Positions 53,949 to 64,000 of a DNA stretch of 64,000 bases are shown here, one piece after another. Numbering within the stretch: position 1 is the first letter of the stretch; every line of letters starts with the position of its first letter. Source of the DNA: an uncultured Gammaproteobacteria bacterium. GTDB lineage: Bacteria; Pseudomonadota; Gammaproteobacteria; CAWCPV01. The stretch lies in NCBI GenBank assembly GCA_963797555.1, contig CAWCPV010000013.1:1-64000 (forward strand), given 5' to 3'. A model generated the notes under the pieces. The model was not told the DNA's origin, did not search any database, and worked only from the letters and a program-made list of their open reading frames with translations. The position numbers and the translations under genes are program-made.

Positions 53949-55585
53949 CAGTTAATCGTGATGGTGTCGGTACCACCGATTTGTCGATTCTCGTTACAGA
54001 CGTCAACCACAGAAATCCTGAATCGCATTTGTCCCGTATCCGCGGCAAACATATGTGGATCGTCATGGCCTTCAAACGTCGCGCCGGAAGCTTGAGCCAG
54101 ATTGCCCGCCGCATTCACGTATCGATTTCCAGCCACCCCTCCTCCGAATCCCGTCCTATGGCCGTATCGCTGGGCATTCGCAGCATCTCTATCTTCGATA
54201 AAGGTATCCACCGGTTGCGCCGCCGGGAAGCCGGCATGCGGCACTGGATTCCCCGGGGGGGTCGCCGCGAAGCTGGCTGCCATAGCGGCATCCCACGAGA
54301 TTTCCTGGCGCACCTCACAACAGGACGCGAAAATCCCGTTATCGGGATCGTGGTCGAACGTCGCCGCGAGGGCGAAAGGCACATGCCTTCCCGCTCCCGC
54401 TGGGGCGGTTACTACACCGTGGGGCGTGTAAGTGGGGCCTGTTCTGACCCTTCCCCTTCGCACTAAGCTCGCCAGTGTTTTGGATTCAGCAGACAACCCT
54501 TCCGCCCTCAATTCCCGAAACAACGGGGCCGCCGTGTCAGGCCCGAGTTTGCCATTCTGCGCTAGGTTGTTCGCGGCCTGCCACCTTGCCACCGCGTTCA
54601 CGAAATCCTCATCAATCACCGCCGGATCCTTGCCAATTCCCAGGACGTCTCGCAGAGTCCCGATAAGCGCAGCATCCGCAGCGCCAATTTTTATCGTATT
54701 GTACTGGATGGCCGCCTGCACCTGGGCGGCGGTCAGAGATCCCGCATCGGCCGTTGGATTAGGCGGTTCAATAGCGAAGTCCGCCTGGATGGATGGAACG
54801 CTGGTTTGCCTCTCGGAGTCGTCCCCGTCCTCCGGCGTTCTGACCGACTCCCGGTCGCGTTCCTTGTTGTCATCGGTCTCATCCGCCAACTTGCGCTGCA
54901 ACCCGCCGCCCTGCTGTAGCACGTGCGTCAACTCGTGAGCCAGCAGTTCCCGACCGGAGTGACTATCCGGATTATATTCTCCCTGGCGGAAAAAGATACC
55001 CTGTCCCCTGGTAAAGGCGCGCGCATTGAGAGTACGATTGAGGTCGTCGGCGGAGGCTCCAGTATGCACACGGACACCGCTGAAGTCGTAGCCGAAGCGA
55101 GGTTCAAAAAAGGCGCGAGTCGCTCCGGGCAGCGGCTGGCCGCTTCCAATGGACTGAATTCGGCTCTCTACTTCCGGAGACACAGCAGCGGCGTGGTCAG
55201 TTGCCGCCCGTCTCTGAATAACGTTTACTCCCCATTGCTGCCCCGGTGCCGCCCGTCGTTGCAGGGAAGGTTCCGGCATCCGCATCACCAGCCCGGCCAC
55301 GCGGTCCGCTTCTTGTTCGAAGGAATCACCGGCGGATCCAATCGTCAGTTTGGCCTGTACGTGGCGTGGCGGGCAGTTCCGGCGTCCACCCATGCTGCAG
55401 CCGTTGCGGTCGTGCGTCTCCTGGCCCGGCCCGCAGCAGGCAGTCGCGGTCTGCAGATAGCTGTTACCTAGACCGCGTTGGAGAGACTGTATGGCGTCGG
55501 ATGTTTGACTGGGCGCTGGCTCAGCGCAGTGCTTCACACTTGGCGCCACGTCCAGGGCAACTTCTTTGCTTCGAGATGCAAACAT
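53945..55585 (-). CDS. DUF4157 (eCIS core domain) protein with peptidoglycan-binding-like segment and unknown C-terminal domain; putative effector
   Basis: QAKLTIG...D.FEQEADRVA; GQPLP..TRAFFEPRFG.DFS.VRVH...ARAFT.G..IFF..G...ELLAHELTHVLQQ; AVARWQ..NNL..NGKLGPDT. Confidence 0.9.
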   Translation of the reverse strand: MFASRSKEVALDVAPSVKHCAEPAPSQTSDAIQSLQRGLGNSYLQTATACCGPGQETHDRNGCSMGGRRNCPPRHVQAKLTIGSAGDSFEQEADRVAGLVMRMPEPSLQRRAAPGQQWGVNVIQRRAATDHAAAVSPEVESRIQSIGSGQPLPGATRAFFEPRFGYDFSGVRVHTGASADDLNRTLNARAFTRGQGIFFRQGEYNPDSHSGRELLAHELTHVLQQGGGLQRKLADETDDNKERDRESVRTPEDGDDSERQTSVPSIQADFAIEPPNPTADAGSLTAAQVQAAIQYNTIKIGAADAALIGTLRDVLGIGKDPAVIDEDFVNAVARWQAANNLAQNGKLGPDTAAPLFRELRAEGLSAESKTLASLVRRGRVRTGPTYTPHGVVTAPAGAGRHVPFALAATFDHDPDNGIFASCCEVRQEISWDAAMAASFAATPPGNPVPHAGFPAAQPVDTFIEDRDAANAQRYGHRTGFGGGVAGNRYVNAAGNLAQASGATFEGHDDPHMFAADTGQMRFRISVVDVCNENRQIGGTDTITINW

Positions 55586-55613
55586 AGCTTTTTCCCCTTA
55601 CCTTAACTTAAAC

Positions 55614-57815
55614 TTACTGCTTGAGCCCGCTGATAGAGTGCCGCTCCTTCCATAGCTTGCCGATCTTTTCGAACTCCTGCCGCGCCCCACGCAGAATATG
55701 CTCCATTTCAATCAGACCGCCGTCTCGCGCAGCCGAAAAGGCCGAGTTCAGAACGATATTCTTGATGTTTCCCCCCGCCACCTGAAGATCCCGCGCAAGA
55801 ATCCGGCAATCAACCTCCGACGATACCGGCGCTTCCGCCGGGAAATGCGTCTGCCAAATCCGCAAGCGATTGGCCTCATTAGGAAACGGAAACTCGACGA
55901 TGAAGCGAATGCGGCGCGCGAATGCTTCGTCCATGTTCTCCCTGAGATTCGTCGCCAGAATCACCATGCCTTCGTACTCCTCCATCTTCTGCAGCAGGTA
56001 ACTGGTCTCGATGTTGGCGTAGCGGTCGTGCGCGTCGCTCACTTCGGTCCGCTTGCCGAATAGGGCGTCTGCCTCGTCGAAGAAGAGGATGGCGTTACTG
56101 GTTTCGGCTTCGGCGAAAATGCGGGAGAGGTTCTTCTCGGTCTCGCCAATATATTTGCTGACTACGCTCGACAGATCGACCTTGTACAGATCCAGTTCCA
56201 GTTCGCGGGCCAGAACCTCGGCCGCCATGGTTTTACCGGTGCCCGAGGGCCCGGTGAATAGCACGCTCAAGCCCTTCCCATGGCCCAGCTTCTTCCCAAA
56301 GCCCCAGGTTCCGAAGACGCGGTATTGATGCCGGACCTGGCTGCAGATCTCGCGCAAGTGGGCCAACTTGTCCTCGGGCAGCACGATGTCGTCCCACCCG
56401 TAATGCGGCTCGATCTTGACCGCGAGTTCGCGGAGCTTGTGATTAGACTGCGCCCGACAAGCGGCGGCGAGATCGGAGGCCGATAAGGCGCGCGGCTTCG
56501 ATACAGTAAGGCAGACATTTTGCGCCAGTTCGACCGCCGCCCGAATCTGCGCGGGCGTCAACCGGAATTGTGCCGCCAGTTGGGCGGCCCAAGCCGCCGC
56601 CTCGGCCGTTTGGCCAGCCAGGCAGCGCTCCCACGCGACCGCGCGCGCGGGAACATCGGGCAGCGGCAGCTCCACCGAGTGAAAAAGGCAGTCCGTAAAC
56701 GCCTGTTTGGGAGTCCATGGCGTCGCGGCGCTCAGAAAAACCAGCCAGCCGAATTCCGAGATGGCCGCTTGCAGGGCTTTGAGCAGCGGACGCGCGGCGT
56801 CCCGCAAGAGTACCTCGGCATTTTCCAGGTAAAGAAAGGCCTGCTGCAGCAGCGCTTCTCGAAATGCCAGGCGCAGGAGATCCTCCGCTTCCGATCCCCG
56901 GGCGAGCAATAGTTCCGCGTCTAGGCTCAACAAAAAGCTGTGGAGCCGCCGACAGATGTGCAGCGCGAGTTCGCGCTTGCCGACACCCTGCGGGCCGTGC
57001 AGATGAAGGACCAGCTTGCGCTTGTCCCTGTTCTCCGGAGCCAGGTGGCGGCCAACCAGGTTCTCCACGCCGGCAACGATGAAGGAGTCCATCGGCGGCT
57101 GGTCCGCATGACCGCTGGGTTGCTGGAACTGGGCGTGTCCCGCCAGCCGGGCATCGATCTGGCTGCCGCCCAACAAAAACTGGCAGATCCGGGTGTCCAA
57201 TGCGAGTAGCTGAGCAAGACCGCTGGATCCGGACGGGCTGTTAGAATCATTTACCTTCCGGAGCAGACCGGAGCGCAATAGGGGTGCCGAGTCGCAGAGA
57301 AGCCTTCGGGCCTCCCACTGTTGAGCCTCCGAACCGCACAGCAGCTCCAGCACCAAATCCACGCTGGGCCGCTTGCGCGTGAGGTCGTCCTGTAAATAGG
57401 CGTACAGCCGGTCATACTTGCGTCGCAGTTCGGGGGCGAGACAAATGACGACCACCTCCCGTTCAAAAGCCGACAGGCCAAACAGATGGCCCAGTTGAGC
57501 CAGCGCGGGGAACATACCCTCCTTCAGGCTATGGGCAACCCGGCCGTCGATCTCCGCCCTCAACCGCTCCAGTCCGGCACGCATTTCCAGGACTTCGGCA
57601 TCGCCGGCTTTGGGCGTCCCGCCCTCATCGAGCAGCCACTCGACCTCCGCCGGTGTGATGTAAACTGTCCGCGAAGCCTGCGCCTCGGGCACGGCCTGGT
57701 TCTGCAAGGCCAATGTCCTGGTCCTTAGCCGGATCAGCAGATCGAGCCAGCGCAACTCGTCTTCCAGATGCTCGTAGTTGTTACCGTAAGGACGCATTTC
57801 CGATCCCGGGCTCAT
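55614..57815 (-). CDS. eCIS AAA+ ATPase (Afp15/Pvc15-like)
   Basis: GPSGTGKT, VSKYIGETEKNL, FFDEADALFGKR, DRYAN.E.SYLLQ; N-terminal winged-helix-like region with YAYLQDD. Confidence 0.93.
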   Translation of the reverse strand: MSPGSEMRPYGNNYEHLEDELRWLDLLIRLRTRTLALQNQAVPEAQASRTVYITPAEVEWLLDEGGTPKAGDAEVLEMRAGLERLRAEIDGRVAHSLKEGMFPALAQLGHLFGLSAFEREVVVICLAPELRRKYDRLYAYLQDDLTRKRPSVDLVLELLCGSEAQQWEARRLLCDSAPLLRSGLLRKVNDSNSPSGSSGLAQLLALDTRICQFLLGGSQIDARLAGHAQFQQPSGHADQPPMDSFIVAGVENLVGRHLAPENRDKRKLVLHLHGPQGVGKRELALHICRRLHSFLLSLDAELLLARGSEAEDLLRLAFREALLQQAFLYLENAEVLLRDAARPLLKALQAAISEFGWLVFLSAATPWTPKQAFTDCLFHSVELPLPDVPARAVAWERCLAGQTAEAAAWAAQLAAQFRLTPAQIRAAVELAQNVCLTVSKPRALSASDLAAACRAQSNHKLRELAVKIEPHYGWDDIVLPEDKLAHLREICSQVRHQYRVFGTWGFGKKLGHGKGLSVLFTGPSGTGKTMAAEVLARELELDLYKVDLSSVVSKYIGETEKNLSRIFAEAETSNAILFFDEADALFGKRTEVSDAHDRYANIETSYLLQKMEEYEGMVILATNLRENMDEAFARRIRFIVEFPFPNEANRLRIWQTHFPAEAPVSSEVDCRILARDLQVAGGNIKNIVLNSAFSAARDGGLIEMEHILRGARQEFEKIGKLWKERHSISGLKQ

Positions 57816-58651
57816 GGCATCACCTCGAACAGAAACGTCCTGCGAAACAGGCGCGAGACATCCACACGAATGTCATAAAAGCCTGGCAACGTGCCCGCCG
57901 GAATCGTGGCATTGAAGGTATCGCCAGCCAGGGCCTGCTGGTCGAGCACTGTCTGGTCGCCCACCAAGACAGTAACCTTCCATCCGGCCAGATTCTCGCC
58001 CGTGAAAGTGACCGCGGTGCCGGCAGGCCCGCTGGCGGGTGTCATGTCCAGCACGGCCGGCGGGCTGAAGGGCGCCCGCACGCCGGGAACGCCGATGGTC
58101 CGCACCCGCTTTGGCAGCGGCATCTCTCCCGCCGGCGACATGTCCAGTTGCACGGTCAAGACTTGATAGCGGACCGACAGGCGAAAAGGCTGTGCGAAGG
58201 TGCTCCAAAGACGGCTGAGTTCTTCCGGGTCCAAGGCGTTGTATACAATTCTGAATTCCTCCCTGGCGGTTTTCAGGTCGGTTTCCAGATACTGCTGTGG
58301 GATGACGGAATTCTCGTAGAACACGCGCATGGCCTCACCGAGGATCTCGTGCGCCGTCGAGTTGCCGGTCTGCGGATCGTTGCGCGCGTATGGCGTCACC
58401 AGGTAGTACAGGTTGAGCGACAAGGGCGCGGGCGCCAGCTGATTCGAATTCCCCGGTTTCAACGACCAATCCTGGTTTTTCAGGAAGGTGTTTTCCTCGA
58501 TCTTGTAGAGAAACAGATTGATTCGTTGATCGCCGCCGGCCTCGTCGGGCGCCAGAATCGTCACCGGCACCGCCGGGTTCAACTGCATTTCTCCCACCAA
58601 GAGATTGCGCAGCGATGTGCTGACCAAGCCCAAGGCAGTGGACACGCTCAC
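57812..58651 (-). CDS. DUF4255 / Pvc16-like sheath terminator (cap) with C-terminal IPT/TIG domain
   Basis: INLFLY.I.EN..LKN...L.L.YLVT.Y...LS.LWS.F..P.RLSV.Y.V; C-terminal P.SGPAGT.VTFTG.NL; GTGA overlap with the upstream gene. Confidence 0.88.
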   Translation of the reverse strand: MSVSTALGLVSTSLRNLLVGEMQLNPAVPVTILAPDEAGGDQRINLFLYKIEENTFLKNQDWSLKPGNSNQLAPAPLSLNLYYLVTPYARNDPQTGNSTAHEILGEAMRVFYENSVIPQQYLETDLKTAREEFRIVYNALDPEELSRLWSTFAQPFRLSVRYQVLTVQLDMSPAGEMPLPKRVRTIGVPGVRAPFSPPAVLDMTPASGPAGTAVTFTGENLAGWKVTVLVGDQTVLDQQALAGDTFNATIPAGTLPGFYDIRVDVSRLFRRTFLFEVMP

Positions 58652-59943
58652 CGCCGGATCCTCACGCTCAAGTGAGTTAGATGCCTGCGCTCCCAGAAGG
58701 CGATGGAAGTGGCCATGACGGCGTGGGCGGAATCCTGCTTGACCACAATCACGGAAGCTTGTGTCGACGGCGCGGCGGGCGCATGGTTGGAAGGGAAGTC
58801 CGCCGAACCTTGCTGGCGGGGCTCGGACGACCTGCGCATGCCACTTCCGGAGGTCTGCTCTGGTCGGCGCACTGTAGGGAAGCTTCGTGCCAACGACGCG
58901 GCATTCCGGCCCTGCGGATCGGGCACTTGGTGCCGGCGTGCAGATTGCGCAAGGGTTGGCGCCGCTGGGCACTTGGGCAGGGGCTCGCCTGAAATGGGTT
59001 GTGGATTCTCGGCCGCCGCCAGATGCGGTTCCCGCGCGGCCTGATGCGGTGCCGTGCGACGCAGTGGCGGGATGGCGACGGTGCTTCCGTCCGGGATCCG
59101 TAGGGATGGCGTATCTATCACCTTTGGACACGACTCCTTGGCATTTGCGTGCAAGTCCACAGGCGCGGCCTCACTCAAGGAGATCCCGCCTCGTGTCGCC
59201 GTAAGGCGCTGCCGTTCGTGGAACCCCGGGACACCCGGAATGATCACGTCCTGCTGGGTCAGCGAAACTCCATCGATCCCCCCGGCTCCGATTGTGTCGG
59301 CATCTTTTGCGAAACCTTTGGGGGCATCTAAGTCTCCAAAGGGAGCAGAAAATGGGCGACGGGCTGTCGCACCCGACGGACCGCCCTCGTCCCGCATCGG
59401 CCCCGGCGTGTATTCCTCTTCGCTGCGCACTGCGCCACGGCTCCCGCCGCGGCCGGACGCCCCGTCGGAAGCCGGAGGTCTAGTCTCCGCCCGCGTCGGC
59501 GCCGCAGACGTTGGCAAAATCTCTGGCCCTAGGGACGCTCCGCGCTCATCGGCCTCGCTTCGGTCTCCTTGCCCCTTCGCCGGAGCCGCGCGCTGGTTCG
59601 CTGCGCGCGGGTTGGATGCCCGTTCCCCCTCGTCCGGCATGCCGCGCCCGCGAGGCATCGTCCCATAAGGCGAAGAGCGCGTTTTTTCTTCCATCATGTA
59701 AGCTGGGCCGCGTGGATGGCCCGCCAGGAATTCATCCGAAAAGTCGAATTCACCTGTGAATCGCGGGCGGACGTACCCGAAGTCGGCAACCGGAATCGGT
59801 TTGAAGAAGTTCATCTCGACATCGCTGGACTCGGGAAGGCCGAGCAGCGCCCGAACACGGCAGCGGTAGCGAAACGGCCGGGCGCCGTCCGAGAGCACCC
59901 CGTACAGATAAGCTTTCGCTGCGCCCTCTGTTTTACTCGCCAT
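58648..59943 (-). CDS. low-complexity, probably disordered protein with ordered termini
   Basis: Pro/Ala/Ser/Gly/Arg-rich interior; overlaps both neighbours; ends AFWERRHL.HL.VR..R. Confidence 0.65.
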   Translation of the reverse strand: MASKTEGAAKAYLYGVLSDGARPFRYRCRVRALLGLPESSDVEMNFFKPIPVADFGYVRPRFTGEFDFSDEFLAGHPRGPAYMMEEKTRSSPYGTMPRGRGMPDEGERASNPRAANQRAAPAKGQGDRSEADERGASLGPEILPTSAAPTRAETRPPASDGASGRGGSRGAVRSEEEYTPGPMRDEGGPSGATARRPFSAPFGDLDAPKGFAKDADTIGAGGIDGVSLTQQDVIIPGVPGFHERQRLTATRGGISLSEAAPVDLHANAKESCPKVIDTPSLRIPDGSTVAIPPLRRTAPHQAAREPHLAAAENPQPISGEPLPKCPAAPTLAQSARRHQVPDPQGRNAASLARSFPTVRRPEQTSGSGMRRSSEPRQQGSADFPSNHAPAAPSTQASVIVVKQDSAHAVMATSIAFWERRHLTHLSVRIRR

Positions 59944-60829
59944 TATTCAGCCTCTCAATTTCATCCGCGAGCAGTTCAACGTACATCTGCCGCTTGTTCC
60001 GCGGCATCGCCATGATTTCATGCTCGCTCCAATGATAGTGGTAAGCCAAATAATGCACCTGGCGATACAGCAATTCGCTGTCGGTGCGTAGTTCGCCGAA
60101 AAAAAAGTGGTGCACGTCGAACGGCACCACGAAGGCGCGACCGCATTCCGAACAGTTGGTTTCGATGTTCAACTCGATTTTTGGCGTCACCCGCTCCATC
60201 TCAGCTTCGATTTCCGCGCGTGCGAGAGGCGGCAGTGCCGCCACGTGCTCGAAGTCTGGTGGGGACAGTGGGCCGATACGCTGGATCGTGCGAGCCAGGA
60301 GCAGGGTCAAGGACTTTGCTTCGTTTTCTGCGAGCAAGGCCGAAAGCGCCTCTTGGTCGGCCCCATTGGGCAAGCGGAAGTTGATCTCCCGCCGTGTCAC
60401 CTCCTCTTCAGCGCAGGCGCGGGGCGAAAGGGTCATGGTGTAGAACGGTGCCCGCTCGACGGCTTCCTCGACAGGCACGTCGTCGATGCCGAACTTCATG
60501 GACACCCGCCGCCCACAGTCGGCCCACGGACAGAAGACATCGGCGCGAACCATGTCACCGAACGTGAGCTGGCGCAACTTGAGCAAGAGGTACTGCCGGT
60601 CAGCGACCAGGAATTGACGGGCAACATCCTCAGTGACCGGGCTGATGCCTCCCAGGCGCCGCACACCGCGGCTCAAGACCGCGCTAACCAGAGACGCTGT
60701 TTCCCCCCCCCGAGCCTGGACCAGCAGTTCCTCCTCGCGCCCGGTCAGCACGGCCAGCTCAAACTCGCGGTGCAACGCGCCAGCCGCGTCCCAGTAGCCG
60801 CCTGGGAGCATACCTGTCATTTCTACCAT
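59933..60829 (-). CDS. tail assembly chaperone / T4 gp26-like protein with fused DUF6760-like C-terminus
   Basis: LPGGY.D..G..HREF.L..LTG..EE; L...DR.YLLL.LR..TFG; CxxxxC and CSECG; C-terminal LY..V.YLAYHYHWS..EIM.M....R. Confidence 0.8.
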   Translation of the reverse strand: MVEMTGMLPGGYWDAAGALHREFELAVLTGREEELLVQARGGETASLVSAVLSRGVRRLGGISPVTEDVARQFLVADRQYLLLKLRQLTFGDMVRADVFCPWADCGRRVSMKFGIDDVPVEEAVERAPFYTMTLSPRACAEEEVTRREINFRLPNGADQEALSALLAENEAKSLTLLLARTIQRIGPLSPPDFEHVAALPPLARAEIEAEMERVTPKIELNIETNCSECGRAFVVPFDVHHFFFGELRTDSELLYRQVHYLAYHYHWSEHEIMAMPRNKRQMYVELLADEIERLNNGE

Positions 60830-60966
60830 GGCTTCTCGTAGCTCCAGTTCCCCGCCAAACTTTAGGTGGCGTCACTAAATAATCCTGCGACTTAAGTGTA
60901 ACTGATAGCCATTCTTTGCAAACCATGCGCTCTGGATATCGGCAGAGCCTTTTTGCCACAGTGACT

Positions 60967-61467
60967 TTAGGACTCCTTGGGTTCGGTCACCGAAGTGTCA
61001 CGCACCCAGCCCTCGTTCTCCAGCTTTATGGTGGTTATCATCACGCCATTGCCGGACGCGTCCAGTTGCGGGAGTGCTTGGTATTCCGAAACCCAACAGC
61101 GAAACAGGTTGTACGCCAACACCTTTACACCCTGGGTATTGTAAACCTCGATGCTGATATCCTTGCGAAAGGACGCCAGCGAACTGGCGGCATCGCCCTG
61201 GAAGTTATTTACTTTGTTAGCCCACTGCTCGAACGTTGTATCGTGGGTGACGCCGGCTTCGAGCGTGATGGCGTCATACTTGGTTTTCCCGGGAATCTGG
61301 TGCGGGCCGCTGGAGTCGCCACCCTCGTACCACGGCGTCACCTCGGTGGTCCGCTTCAGGGCGCCGCATTTACTCAGGCCGGCCACGTATTGGCCATCCC
61401 ACTTGAGCTTGAATTTAAAGCCAAGATAGGGGTCGAATCGGGTGCTATTTACGGTGAATTTGGGCAT
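60967..61467 (-). CDS. tail tube protein (T4 gp19 / Afp1-like)
   Basis: RFDPY..FKF...YEGGD......PGKTKY..ITLE.GVT.D..FE.W...RKDI.I...CWVSEYQ..P.LDA. Confidence 0.93.
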   Translation of the reverse strand: MPKFTVNSTRFDPYLGFKFKLKWDGQYVAGLSKCGALKRTTEVTPWYEGGDSSGPHQIPGKTKYDAITLEAGVTHDTTFEQWANKVNNFQGDAASSLASFRKDISIEVYNTQGVKVLAYNLFRCWVSEYQALPQLDASGNGVMITTIKLENEGWVRDTSVTEPKES

Positions 61468-61497
61468 GCAAGTTCTCCTTTCCGGTATGAGATGTCA

Positions 61498-63438
<1,941 letters not shown>

Positions 63439-63476
63439 GGTCTTGCTCCTTTCATATGTGTTCGAGCGCAGTCCGC

Positions 63477-63779
63477 CTAATCGGCGGCTGGGTCAACTTT
63501 GGTCTTGCGTCCGCGCGGACGCGAGTCCCCCTCGTCCTGGCGAGCTGGCTCGGCTATTCCGCCTTCAGTCTCGGTCGGCTTGGCCGCATCGCTCTCTTCT
63601 CCAGCGCGCTCGACAGTAATTGCACGTTGGCATAGCAGCTTGTCAATTTTGGGGTTAGCTTTCAACTCAACATCATGGAACACAGCCGAGATCTCCCCGG
63701 GGGATAAGCGCAAATTCGTCCCACTATTCAGGGGTACGAAAATTGGCCTTGGAGTCAAGTTTCTAATAGCGACGGACAT
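63477..63779 (-). CDS. small hypothetical protein upstream of the sheath gene
   Basis: Strong AAGGAG RBS before ATG 63779; IRNLT.RP..V.LNSG..L.L.PG N-terminus. Confidence 0.7.
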   Translation of the reverse strand: MSVAIRNLTPRPIFVPLNSGTNLRLSPGEISAVFHDVELKANPKIDKLLCQRAITVERAGEESDAAKPTETEGGIAEPARQDEGDSRPRGRKTKVDPAAD

Positions 63780-64000
63780 ACTTAATCTCCTTTGTTTGAT
63801 TGACATCATTCGATTTGGGTTGATTGATTTAGACAAGATTCAACGGGGGTTGTAGTTCAGGCAAAACACTTTAGACCGGCGGCACCATAGGCGCGTGCTT
63901 GGGTAGTTTTGACCACCCGGCATTCGGCCGTTCGGCATGGCCCTGGAGCTTGCCGGAGACTAGAACCTGTCCCTCTAACTGCTTCAGCCGCTCGAGGGCA

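Noticed and set aside
60830-60966. Sigma-54 promoter between the tube and chaperone genes
   Set aside because: The best candidate, GAGCGC-ATGGT-TTGC, lacks the invariant GG; the other candidate has wrong GG-GC spacing.
63870-64000. Possible C-terminus of an upstream minus-strand gene
   Set aside because: Only ~40 codons are visible at the window edge; cannot be assigned.

Overview
GC-rich window, probably from a gammaproteobacterium (inferred from the dcw/secA/argJ gene order), in four blocks. (1) 1-9427 is a decayed mosaic island at the 3' end of tRNA-Thr(CGT) (9428-9503, minus). It holds phage-satellite-like backbone genes: a DUF5681-like ORF, tandem ribbon-helix-helix ORFs, two 'GGxGSG' Cys-rich proteins and an STGPKT-motif protein. 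These are interleaved with cargo (ClC channel, ICMT-like membrane protein, GYD protein), a tyrosine-recombinase relic and a perfect XerD half-site. (2) 9704-36720 is core genome: a Fur/Irr regulator with an IS just upstream, a lipoprotein, Nudix-ThiE, argJ, secA, dciA, lpxC and the complete dcw cluster (mraZ to ftsZ). ddl and murG carry single-base frameshifts at the same sequence motif, probably sequencing errors. (3) 36938-40892 is a truncated sigma-54 activator plus four nested IS elements (IS3-like, IS1380, IS630, ISL3); target duplications are readable for IS1380 and ISL3. (4) 41005-63779 is an apparently intact ~23 kb minus-strand extracellular contractile injection system (eCIS, Afp/PVC-like). 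It includes sheath, tube, chaperone, DUF4255 cap, AAA ATPase, split spike, PAAR-like tip, baseplate, an Ig-repeat fibre and a large vWA protein. It also has a DUF4157 protein with an unrecognised C-terminal domain, followed by an AT-rich candidate immunity gene. All family assignments come from motif recognition by eye; no searches were run.
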